Source: an uncultured Flavobacteriaceae bacterium
GTDB taxonomy: Bacteria > Bacteroidota > Bacteroidia > Flavobacteriales > Flavobacteriaceae
DNA: 64,000 bases
Assembly: GCA_964477735.1 (NCBI GenBank)
Contig: CAYZFD010000001.1
Location: 86,125-150,124 of the forward strand
Direction of reading: 5' to 3'
Both the position numbers and the translations under genes were made by a program. Shown piece by piece: positions 52,276 to 60,959 of the stretch. The notes under the pieces are model-generated. The model worked only from the letters and a program-made list of their open reading frames with translations. It was not told the origin of the DNA and made no database searches. How positions within the stretch are numbered: the stretch's first letter is position 1; every line of letters starts with the position of its first letter.

Positions 52276-53679
52276 ATGATGAAAAATATAAAACTATTAT
52301 GTGTTTTTTTTACCTTGAGTTCCTTGTCGATTTCTTGTCAAGAACTTAGCATTGAAGAAAGAGCCGAAGCCATTAAGCAACAAATTGAGCGCCCCACAAT
52401 TCCAAATCGCACCTTTTCAATTTTAGATTTTGGTGCTCAAGACAACCTCGCTCATGACTCCTCAAAAGCTTTCCAAAAAGCTATGGCAGCTAGCAAAGCT
52501 GCTGGAGGAGGAACGATTGTTGTCCCCAAAGGGTCATATTTAACGGGCCCTATCCATTTTGAAAGCCACACTGCACTTCATCTAGAGGAAGGTGCAACAG
52601 TTTACTTTAAAACCGATCCTAGTGCATACCTTCCTGTTGTTCATACTTCCTACGAGGGGATAGAACTCATGAATTATTCTCCTTTGATTTATGCCAAAAA
52701 CAAAGAAAACATTGCCATAACAGGTTCGGGAACTTTAAATGGTCAAGCCAACAATCAACACTGGTGGCCGTGGGCAGGTAAAGACGTTTATGGTTATAAA
52801 GAAGGAGAACCAAAGCAACATGATGCCCACAACATTCCTCGGCTTCATGCCTTTAATGAAAATCAAATCCCTGTAGAAGAACGTGTTTTTGGAGAAGGGC
52901 ATCACATCAGACCAACCTTTATTCAACCTTTCGAATCCACTAAGATTCTAATTCAAGGAATCACCATTTTAAATGCGCCCTTTTGGATTATCCATCCTCT
53001 GAAATCCAGTCATGTAACGGTTGAGAATGTAACCGTAATTAGCCATGGTCCTAACAATGATGGTTGTGATCCAGAATACTCAAAAAACGTTCAAATTCTA
53101 AATTGTGTTTTTGACACAGGCGATGATTGTATTGCCATCAAGTCGGGCAGGAATGAAGATGGTAGAAGGGTAAATATTCCTAGCGAAAACATTTTGGTTG
53201 AAGGTTGCATCATGAAAGATGGCCATGGTGGTGTTGTGATGGGGAGTGAAATTTCAGCTGGTGTACGAAACGTGGTGGTGCTCAATTGCGCCATGGACAG
53301 CCCAAACTTAGATCGTGCTATTCGAATCAAAACCAATACACTCAGAGGCGGTTTTGTTGATGGGGTGTATGTAAAAAATGTTCAAATTGGCCAAGTCAAA
53401 GAGGCAGTACTAAAAATTAACACCTATTATGGCATCTATGGTGTTCAAGAGGGAACATTCATTCCTAGAATAGAAAACATCTATTTTGAAGATGTTCGTG
53501 CCAAAAACGGAGGCAAACATGGCATTCTAATTAAAGGCAGGGAAGCATCTCCAGTTAAAAACATTCGATTTGAGCGTGTTGAAATAGAAAGCATTAAGAA
53601 AAGTCCTGTGATTGAAAACGCAGAGCCAATTCAACTTGTGAAGTCCAAAATTAATGGTTTAAATAACGAAATAAAATGA
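52276..53679 (+). CDS. GH28 polygalacturonase / exo-poly-alpha-galacturonosidase
   Basis: 467-aa ORF with GH28 signature residues NNDGCDP, GDDCIAIKSG, GHGGVVMGSE and RIKT. Confidence 0.9.
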   Translation: MMKNIKLLCVFFTLSSLSISCQELSIEERAEAIKQQIERPTIPNRTFSILDFGAQDNLAHDSSKAFQKAMAASKAAGGGTIVVPKGSYLTGPIHFESHTALHLEEGATVYFKTDPSAYLPVVHTSYEGIELMNYSPLIYAKNKENIAITGSGTLNGQANNQHWWPWAGKDVYGYKEGEPKQHDAHNIPRLHAFNENQIPVEERVFGEGHHIRPTFIQPFESTKILIQGITILNAPFWIIHPLKSSHVTVENVTVISHGPNNDGCDPEYSKNVQILNCVFDTGDDCIAIKSGRNEDGRRVNIPSENILVEGCIMKDGHGGVVMGSEISAGVRNVVVLNCAMDSPNLDRAIRIKTNTLRGGFVDGVYVKNVQIGQVKEAVLKINTYYGIYGVQEGTFIPRIENIYFEDVRAKNGGKHGILIKGREASPVKNIRFERVEIESIKKSPVIENAEPIQLVKSKINGLNNEIK

Positions 53680-54611
53680 AACTAAAACACTTATTCCTAC
53701 TGTTGGCCACAGTCTTTTCCTGGGCACAAGAAACAGCAGTGCTCCCAGAAGCATCAGCCGAAATTTCTGTAAAAGAAGGCGGGTCTTGGAATGGACGCGT
53801 TTATGAAGGCGGAACTTTTGTAAACAAGAAAAAGATGACAGTTCCTGACGCACACACCGATCATTCTTTTTATATCCGCTATGAAGGTCCAGGTTGGGAA
53901 AGCGAAAAGGTGGGGTATCGCCTCTATTTAGATTGGAGAAACGCGATTGACGTTTTTGGAAAACGCAAACAAGGGCTTGCCCTTAGGAACGTGGGTCAGG
54001 ATGGATTTGACTCCTACCATGCCTATGCAGATTGGGGACAAGACATCCTGAAAGTTGGTCCTTCTTTGGGAATAGGGGGCTATGCACGCTATGCCGACGG
54101 AAAAACACAAAAGTTTGAGGAAGTGGGGGAAACAGAAGTTTGCATTCGAAACACCCCCAAAAAATCAACCATCCATATCGAATATGAAGATTGGAAGGTC
54201 AGAGACATCCTTTTAAATTTGGATGCAAAAATATCGATTAAGCCAGGAGACCGTTTTTCTAAAATAACCCTAAAAACCAACAAAACCACCAATGACTTGT
54301 GTACGGGCATCGTGAAGCACGATGAGATTCCACTTCTTCAAGGAAGTGGGAAAGAATGGGCCTATATTGCTACCCACGGTCCACAAGTAATTGAAAGTGA
54401 AACAGAACTATTAGGCATGGGAATCGTTTACAGAAAAACCGATGCCGTGCTCGTTCCAGAGGATAAAGAAAATCATTTGCTACTTTTTAGTGAAGGTAAA
54501 AAACATGAATATTGGATAGTGGCGGCCTGGAGCGAAGAAATGCAACCCATTAAAGACCAATCGGCTTTCACAACTTTGCTAGAGCATAAAATTAAAGAAT
54601 TAGAAAAATAA
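53676..54611 (+). CDS. DUF4861-like secreted protein of unknown function
   Basis: 311-aa ORF with signal peptide MKLKHLFLLLATVFSWAQE and an ATGA overlap with GH28. As far as I recall, this family commonly accompanies kdu/pectin genes in Bacteroidota. The assignment is from memory of the family and was not searched. Confidence 0.5.
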   Translation: MKLKHLFLLLATVFSWAQETAVLPEASAEISVKEGGSWNGRVYEGGTFVNKKKMTVPDAHTDHSFYIRYEGPGWESEKVGYRLYLDWRNAIDVFGKRKQGLALRNVGQDGFDSYHAYADWGQDILKVGPSLGIGGYARYADGKTQKFEEVGETEVCIRNTPKKSTIHIEYEDWKVRDILLNLDAKISIKPGDRFSKITLKTNKTTNDLCTGIVKHDEIPLLQGSGKEWAYIATHGPQVIESETELLGMGIVYRKTDAVLVPEDKENHLLLFSEGKKHEYWIVAAWSEEMQPIKDQSAFTTLLEHKIKELEK

Positions 54612-54612
54612 C

Positions 54613-55854
54613 ATGAATCGAAAACCAATGAAAACCAAATTTGATATACAGATGAAGAATACTAAAAGAATTTTTGTGATTTTTCTTTTACTAATACTAC
54701 AAGTCAATGTTTTGGCTCAAAACACACAGCTTTTAAAAGATGCAGATACTTGGGCCGAAAAACTTATGATTTCCGAAATGCTTCGGTTTCCAGATCCAAC
54801 AAAATTAGATTTTGCCAAAAAATCTCATTGGAATTATACCAACGGTCTGTTATTAAAGGCCAGCTTGGCTCTCTACAATAAAACGGGTCAAAAAGCCTAT
54901 TATGATTATGCCTATAGCTATTTAGATCAGATGATCAATCAAGATGGCACCATCAATACTTATGACATCAGAAAATATAATCTTGATATGCTCAATTCTG
55001 GAAAAGTATTGCTAGATATCTATCAACAAACCAAAGAAGAAAGATTTTTATTAGCCCTACACCTTTTGAGAAGTCAACTTGTCAATCATCCACGCACTTC
55101 CGATGGAGGTTTTTGGCACAAAAAAAGATACACCCACCAAATGTGGTTAGATGGACTCTACATGGGGCATCCTTTTTACGCCCAATATGCAACAGTTTTT
55201 GAAGATGAAGCCACTGCCAAAAGCTCATTAGAAGACATTATTTTGCAGTTCGATTTGGTAACCCAGCATCACAAAGATCCTGTCACAGGGCTTTGGTATC
55301 ATGGTTGGGACGAAAGCAAAACCCAAAAATGGGCCAACCCAGAAACAGGAACCTCACCCCATTTTTGGCTGCGCTCAATTGGGTGGTATTCCATGGCTTT
55401 GGTCGATGTGTTAGATTTTATTCCCGAAGATTTTGAAGGAAGAGACCGAATCATTCAAAACCTAAACGATTTGGCCAACACGATTGTGAAATACCAAGAC
55501 AAGACTGGTTTATGGTATCAGGTAGTGGATATGCCCGATGAAGCTGGAAATTATTTAGAGTCATCAGGAACTTCTATGTTTACCTATACTTTAGCCAAGG
55601 CTGTTCGAATGGGTTATATCCCAAAAAAATACATGAAAAATGCACGCAAAGCTTACAAAGGCCTGTTAAAACTTATGATAGAAAAAGACCAAGAAGGACT
55701 TTACAATCTTAACCAAAATTGCGCCGTAGCAGGATTGGGAGGAAACCCCTACAGGGACGGATCCTTTACCTATTATGTCAACGAACCCATCAGGGCCAAC
55801 GACCCAAAAGGCACAGGACCCTTTATTCTAGCCAGCTTAGAATTGAATAGATAA
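54613..55854 (+). CDS. GH105 unsaturated rhamnogalacturonyl/galacturonyl hydrolase (Glyco_hydro_88 fold)
   Basis: 413-aa ORF with WNYTNGLLLKA, HQMWLDGLYMGHPFYAQYA, WYHGWDES and a C-terminal alpha/alpha-barrel pattern. The likely true start is the ATG at 54652 (MKNTKRIFVIFLL). Confidence 0.8.
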   Translation: MNRKPMKTKFDIQMKNTKRIFVIFLLLILQVNVLAQNTQLLKDADTWAEKLMISEMLRFPDPTKLDFAKKSHWNYTNGLLLKASLALYNKTGQKAYYDYAYSYLDQMINQDGTINTYDIRKYNLDMLNSGKVLLDIYQQTKEERFLLALHLLRSQLVNHPRTSDGGFWHKKRYTHQMWLDGLYMGHPFYAQYATVFEDEATAKSSLEDIILQFDLVTQHHKDPVTGLWYHGWDESKTQKWANPETGTSPHFWLRSIGWYSMALVDVLDFIPEDFEGRDRIIQNLNDLANTIVKYQDKTGLWYQVVDMPDEAGNYLESSGTSMFTYTLAKAVRMGYIPKKYMKNARKAYKGLLKLMIEKDQEGLYNLNQNCAVAGLGGNPYRDGSFTYYVNEPIRANDPKGTGPFILASLELNR

Positions 55855-55859
55855 ACAAA

Positions 55860-57461
55860 ATGAACCGTTCTTTCGTCATTGCTTTTTATTTTATAAGCAT
55901 TTTGCTTCAGGCTCAAGGATTCAATTCGAATTTTGATGAGAATAATTATCAAAATCCAATCCTCCATTCCGACTACTCCGACCCTGATGTCGTTCGGGTT
56001 GGAGAGGATTATTATATGGTCTCTTCGAGTTTCAATGCGGCCCCTGGACTTCCTATCCTACATTCCAAAGACATGGTGCATTGGAAAATTGTGAATCATG
56101 CCCTTCCGAAATTATACCCCATCGAAAACTTTAACAAGCCCCAACACGGAAATGGCGTTTGGGCACCCTGTATTCGATTTCACGACAATAATTTCTTCAT
56201 TTATTGGGGCGACCCAGATTTTGGCATATATATGGTTAAAACCCAAAACCCTTTAGGGGCATGGAGCGTGCCCAAATTGGTGCTTGAAGGAAAAGGGTTG
56301 ATCGACCCATCTCCACTTTGGGATGACAACGGAAAAGCCTATCTCGTGCATGCTTGGGCAGGAAGTCGGGCAGGTGTTAAAAGTCTTTTGACCTTACACG
56401 AAATGGATCCTGATGGCACTTCTGTTCTCGACGAAGGAACCCACATATACGACGGACACCTTGTAAACCCAACCATTGAAGGCCCAAAGTTTTATAAGCG
56501 AGGAGGCTATTATTACATTTTTGCCCCTGCTGGTGGAGTCGAATATGGATGGCAATTGGCATTGCGTTCCAAAAACATTTACGGTCCCTATGAGGTCAAA
56601 AAAGTTTTAGAGCAAGGTTCAACAAACATCAACGGCCCTCATCAAGGAGCATGGGTGCAAACGCCAAGTGGATCGGATTGGTTTTATCACTTTCAAGACA
56701 AAGGCCCCTATGGTCGAATTGTGCACCTACAACCCATGAAATGGCAAGATGATTGGCCTTTTATGGGTCAAGATTTCGACAACAACGGCATTGGCGAACC
56801 CGTATTAGAACATCCTAAACCATTGCCCTCGACAACCGCCAATCAAACCATTCAAACTTCTGATTTTTTCGAAGGAGATCATGTTGGATTGCAGTGGCAA
56901 TGGAATGCTAACTCTAGCATTAAATGGTATGCAAAACTTCCAGAAAATAACTTCTTAAGACTTTTCCCATTTAGGCCCTATGACAATCACTTACTATACA
57001 ACCCAAACCTATTGTTGCAAAAGTTTCCCGCGCCCAATTTTCAGGCAACTACAAAGCTGAAACTTACACCCGAAAACAGCTCGAAAATTCAAGCAGGTTT
57101 GGTTGTTATGGGCTTCGATTACGCCAGCCTTTCAGTCGATTTTGAAAACAATCAATATTCAGTGCAACAACGTGTCAATGAACAAGCACATAAGGATGGC
57201 CAAGAGAAACGAATTGCTTCAGTTAAACTGTTGAACACAGACACCGTTTGGCTTCGGGTTGCTGTTGAAGCTCCAGATGCGCGTTGCGTTTTTAGTTATA
57301 GCACCGATGGGGTCGAGTTTGTGAATATAGGAACTGAGTTTTACGCAAAAGAAGGGGGGTGGATTGGTGCCAAAGTTGGTCTATTTTGCACTAAACCTTT
57401 CGCTACCAAAGCGGGTGGTTTTGCCGACTTTTATGATTTTAAGGTAAAAATAAAACCATGA
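55860..57461 (+). CDS. GH43 glycoside hydrolase (arabinofuranosidase/xylosidase type) with C-terminal beta-sandwich
   Basis: 533-aa ORF with NPILHSDYSDPDVVRVGEDYYMVSSSF, WAPCIRFH and IEGPKFYKRGGYYYIF, the GH43 five-bladed-propeller catalytic motifs. Confidence 0.85.
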   Translation: MNRSFVIAFYFISILLQAQGFNSNFDENNYQNPILHSDYSDPDVVRVGEDYYMVSSSFNAAPGLPILHSKDMVHWKIVNHALPKLYPIENFNKPQHGNGVWAPCIRFHDNNFFIYWGDPDFGIYMVKTQNPLGAWSVPKLVLEGKGLIDPSPLWDDNGKAYLVHAWAGSRAGVKSLLTLHEMDPDGTSVLDEGTHIYDGHLVNPTIEGPKFYKRGGYYYIFAPAGGVEYGWQLALRSKNIYGPYEVKKVLEQGSTNINGPHQGAWVQTPSGSDWFYHFQDKGPYGRIVHLQPMKWQDDWPFMGQDFDNNGIGEPVLEHPKPLPSTTANQTIQTSDFFEGDHVGLQWQWNANSSIKWYAKLPENNFLRLFPFRPYDNHLLYNPNLLLQKFPAPNFQATTKLKLTPENSSKIQAGLVVMGFDYASLSVDFENNQYSVQQRVNEQAHKDGQEKRIASVKLLNTDTVWLRVAVEAPDARCVFSYSTDGVEFVNIGTEFYAKEGGWIGAKVGLFCTKPFATKAGGFADFYDFKVKIKP

Positions 57462-58267
57462 AAAACCTTCTTTTTTTTAAACTTTACTTCATAGTTATAG
57501 CCATCGAAATGTTTGGCCACCAAAGTGTATTTTCTCAAGGGTCGAACATTTTTTTGATGGGAGATTCTACCATGGCCAATTACGAAGACAACTATGATGT
57601 TGGAGTGGATTATTATGAAACCCGATTTCCGGTAACGGGTTGGGGGCAAGCATTCAAAATGTGGATGAATGTGGATAGTCTAAAACAAATTAAACATTTT
57701 GTGAAACCATCCAAAACCAAGCTGATCAATTTGGCTCGTGGAGGTCGAAGCACACGAACTTTTTTTCAGGAAGGACGATGGCGTCAAATTGACCAACAGT
57801 TGAAACCCAAAGACTTGGTTATCATTCAGTTTGGGCACAATGATGCTGCCAAAAATAAACCCGAACGCTATGTGGATGTTGAGGGCTTTAAAACTTTTTT
57901 AAGGTTTTATGTTGAAACAGTTCGTTCAAAAAAAGCCATTCCTGTTTTGCTAACTCCAGTGGCCAGGAATTATCCTTGGGAAAATGGAGTCTTACAAAAT
58001 GTACATGGGGAATATGACGAAGCGGTTAAGGAAATTGCTAGAGAAACCGAATGTTTTTTCATAGACCTAAACGAATTATCGAGGTCTTATTTTACTGCTG
58101 TTGGCCAAGAAATGACTACCCAAAAATACTTTATGAACCTTGAAGCAGGAAAATATAAAGCCTATCCCGAAGGACAAAAAGACAACACTCACTTTCAGCC
58201 AGAGGGGGCTAGAGCTGTGGCTCAATTAGTTTTTAATGAATTGGTTGCTTTTAAAAATAGAAAATGA
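57458..58267 (+). CDS. CE12 rhamnogalacturonan acetylesterase (SGNH hydrolase)
   Basis: 269-aa ORF with SGNH blocks IFLMGDSTMANY, GGRSTRTF, IQFGHNDA and DNTHF. It has an ATGA overlap with GH43. Confidence 0.85.
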   Translation: MKNLLFFKLYFIVIAIEMFGHQSVFSQGSNIFLMGDSTMANYEDNYDVGVDYYETRFPVTGWGQAFKMWMNVDSLKQIKHFVKPSKTKLINLARGGRSTRTFFQEGRWRQIDQQLKPKDLVIIQFGHNDAAKNKPERYVDVEGFKTFLRFYVETVRSKKAIPVLLTPVARNYPWENGVLQNVHGEYDEAVKEIARETECFFIDLNELSRSYFTAVGQEMTTQKYFMNLEAGKYKAYPEGQKDNTHFQPEGARAVAQLVFNELVAFKNRK

Positions 58268-59211
58268 AGAGATTCGCAAAAGGAAATATCAACTTAGTTG
58301 TTTTACTGATCATAACGGGATATTTATCTGCTCAAGTTTCGCCACCCCAAGCACGACCCTACACGCTGACCTCAACCTATGAAAAGCATATAAAAAAGTA
58401 TCCTTTTATTTCCCTTCCATCTATCGAGTCAGTTTCTGGGGTGAAAAAACTTGAAAATATTGCCTATCAATCGTCGGCTCAAGACTCTAAAACTTTGGAT
58501 TTGTTCTTGCCACAATCCGAAAAGCCATCCGCTCTTGTGATTATGGTGCACGGTGGTGGCTGGATTTCTGGAGTCAGAGAAAATTTAAATGATTTGGCTG
58601 TTGCACTGTCTAACAAAGGTTTTGCAGTGGCCAACCTAAGCTACACCCTAAGTGCCGAAGCGCCCTATCCAAAAAGTGTTTTAGACATTAAAGAGGCTTT
58701 AGTTTTTTTGAAAAACAACAGTCAAAAATGGGATTATAACCCCAATAAAATAGCTTTGTTAGGTTGTTCTGCAGGGGCGCAATTGGCCGCATTGGTGGCG
58801 CTCACTCCAAACCACCCCAAGTTTCCTGTTCAACATGTTGTTTCCGAAAACGTTCAAGCCATTGTCAATGTTGATGGTATAGTTTCTTTTATTCATAAAG
58901 AAGCTTCATCCGAAGGCCTTTATGCTGCCTATTGGTTAGGGGGGCATAAAGAAACCCACTTTGAGCAGTGGAAAGAGGCTTCTCCCTTAGAGTACCTTAA
59001 TGCGCAATCCCCTCCAATTTTATTTTTGAATAGTGCTTTTCCAAGATTTCATGCTGGAAGAGACGACATGATTGCACAGCTAAATCAATGGGGAATTGCC
59101 TCTGAAGTACAAACTTTTGATGATGCACCACATTCGTTTTGGTTGCTTGAACCTTGGTTTTCACCAACGACAGATTACATCGCTAACTTTTTAAATAAGA
59201 TATTCGAATGA
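58264..59211 (+). CDS. Alpha/beta-hydrolase esterase (carbohydrate esterase-like, specificity unknown)
   Basis: 315-aa ORF with a signal peptide, oxyanion HGGGW, nucleophile elbow GCSAGAQLA and C-terminal DDAPHSF. It overlaps both neighbours by 4 nt. Confidence 0.75.
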   Translation: MKRFAKGNINLVVLLIITGYLSAQVSPPQARPYTLTSTYEKHIKKYPFISLPSIESVSGVKKLENIAYQSSAQDSKTLDLFLPQSEKPSALVIMVHGGGWISGVRENLNDLAVALSNKGFAVANLSYTLSAEAPYPKSVLDIKEALVFLKNNSQKWDYNPNKIALLGCSAGAQLAALVALTPNHPKFPVQHVVSENVQAIVNVDGIVSFIHKEASSEGLYAAYWLGGHKETHFEQWKEASPLEYLNAQSPPILFLNSAFPRFHAGRDDMIAQLNQWGIASEVQTFDDAPHSFWLLEPWFSPTTDYIANFLNKIFE

Positions 59212-60176
59212 GAACTTTTTTAATCTTTTTATTCAGCGCCTCAGTTTTGTTGACCACCCAAAAAACGATGGCAAATGTTCCTCAAAAAACAATTGTTGTA
59301 GATGCGCAAGGCACAGGTGATTATAAGAGCGTTCAGGACGCGGTCTATGCTGTGAGGGCTTTTCTAGACACTACCACAGTCATTCGAATTAAGCCTGGGG
59401 TGTATTTTGAAAAAATCACCATCCCATCTTGGGTTCAGCACTTACAATTGATTGGAGACACTCCCGAAAATACGGTCATTCAATTTGATGATTATTCAGG
59501 AAAAAATGTTGGAGGCACTACGTTGGGCACTTTCAATTCCCACACCATGTTGGTGCAAGGAAATCATGTTCAGCTCAAAAATTTGACCGTACAAAACATT
59601 AGTTGTAATCAAGGTCAGGCTGTTGCGTTGCATGTCGAAGGAGATCGTTTTTCGGCCCTTAATGTTCAGCTTTTGGGTTGTCAAGACACTTTATATGCTG
59701 GCTCTCCAAACAGTTCACAATATTACCGTGATTGCTATATCGAAGGCACTACAGATTTTATTTTTGGCAGTGCTACAGTTTTCTTTGACAATTGCACCAT
59801 TAAAAGTTTAAAAAATTCCTACATCACTGCGGCCTCAACTCCTCAAGAAAATGAATATGGTTTCGTTTTTAGGGAATGTAAATTGGTGGCTGCAGAAGGT
59901 GTTGATCGTGTCTTTTTGGGACGGCCTTGGAGGCCCCACGCCAAAACTGTTTTTATCGGTTGTGAGCTTCAATCACATATTGTTAAAGAAGGATGGGATC
60001 CATGGAAGGGCGACAAAACCTTTCCAAACAAGGAGAAAACAGCCTTTTACGCTGAATATGAAAATCATGGAGCAGGCGCATCCGCTCAAGACAGGGTGTA
60101 TTGGTCTCACCAGCTCACGCCCGATCAAGCAGAACGCTACACTGTTGATCTTGTCTTAGGAGATCGTTTTTGGTAA
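59208..60176 (+). CDS. CE8 pectinesterase (pectin methylesterase)
   Basis: 322-aa ORF with canonical GQAVALHV, GCQDTLYAG, DFIFG and LGRPW motifs. Confidence 0.9.
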   Translation: MRTFLIFLFSASVLLTTQKTMANVPQKTIVVDAQGTGDYKSVQDAVYAVRAFLDTTTVIRIKPGVYFEKITIPSWVQHLQLIGDTPENTVIQFDDYSGKNVGGTTLGTFNSHTMLVQGNHVQLKNLTVQNISCNQGQAVALHVEGDRFSALNVQLLGCQDTLYAGSPNSSQYYRDCYIEGTTDFIFGSATVFFDNCTIKSLKNSYITAASTPQENEYGFVFRECKLVAAEGVDRVFLGRPWRPHAKTVFIGCELQSHIVKEGWDPWKGDKTFPNKEKTAFYAEYENHGAGASAQDRVYWSHQLTPDQAERYTVDLVLGDRFW

Positions 60177-60185
60177 ATTCATCAC

Positions 60186-60959
60186 ATGAAAATAAAATAC
60201 ACCACCACTTGTTTGCTAGCCCTCTTTTGTGCTTTTTTGATGCAAGCACAGCCCACCATTTATTTAATAGGCGATTCGACAATGTCTAACAAAAAAGATC
60301 CTGAAATAAATCCTGAAAGGGGGTGGGGTCATGTTCTTCCTTTTTTTCTTAACAATTTGCAAGTAGAAAACCATGCGGTGAATGGTCGAAGTACAAAAAG
60401 TTTTATTGATGAAGGCCGCTGGGAAGTAGTGAAAAAATCACTTCGGCCCCAAGATTATGTTTTTATCCAGTTTGGTCACAATGATGCTAAGGCTTATGAC
60501 CCTAGTCGCTATACGAACCCCCTGACCACTTACAAAAGTAACTTAGCCACTTTTGTGCGAGAGTCCAGAGACTTGGGGGCCTTTCCAATTTTATTTACCT
60601 CAGTAGCAAGAAGAAATTTTAATGAAGAAGGCAGTTTTGTAGATACCCATGGCCTCTATCCTTTGGCGGTTCATTTATTGGCGCAGGAGCTTAAAGTTCC
60701 GTTGATTGATTTGCATCTGCTCTCTGAGCAACTCGAGCTTGCTTATGGCCTTGAAGGCTCTAAAAAACTCCACCTTCATTTCAGCAAAGGATCACATCCC
60801 TACTACAAAGAAGACAAAGCAGACAACACCCATTATTCTGTGTTGGGTGCCGGAGAGATTGCCAAAATCGTAGTCCAAGAACTTCGTCAAAAAAACATCT
60901 TGCTGCCTTATCTTAAGGAGAATTTCGATGAATATTTCGAAAACTTAGAGCTTCACTAA
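60186..60959 (+). CDS. CE12 rhamnogalacturonan acetylesterase (SGNH hydrolase), second copy
   Basis: 257-aa ORF with IYLIGDSTMSN, NGRSTKSF, IQFGHNDA and DNTHY. Confidence 0.85.
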   Translation: MKIKYTTTCLLALFCAFLMQAQPTIYLIGDSTMSNKKDPEINPERGWGHVLPFFLNNLQVENHAVNGRSTKSFIDEGRWEVVKKSLRPQDYVFIQFGHNDAKAYDPSRYTNPLTTYKSNLATFVRESRDLGAFPILFTSVARRNFNEEGSFVDTHGLYPLAVHLLAQELKVPLIDLHLLSEQLELAYGLEGSKKLHLHFSKGSHPYYKEDKADNTHYSVLGAGEIAKIVVQELRQKNILLPYLKENFDEYFENLELH

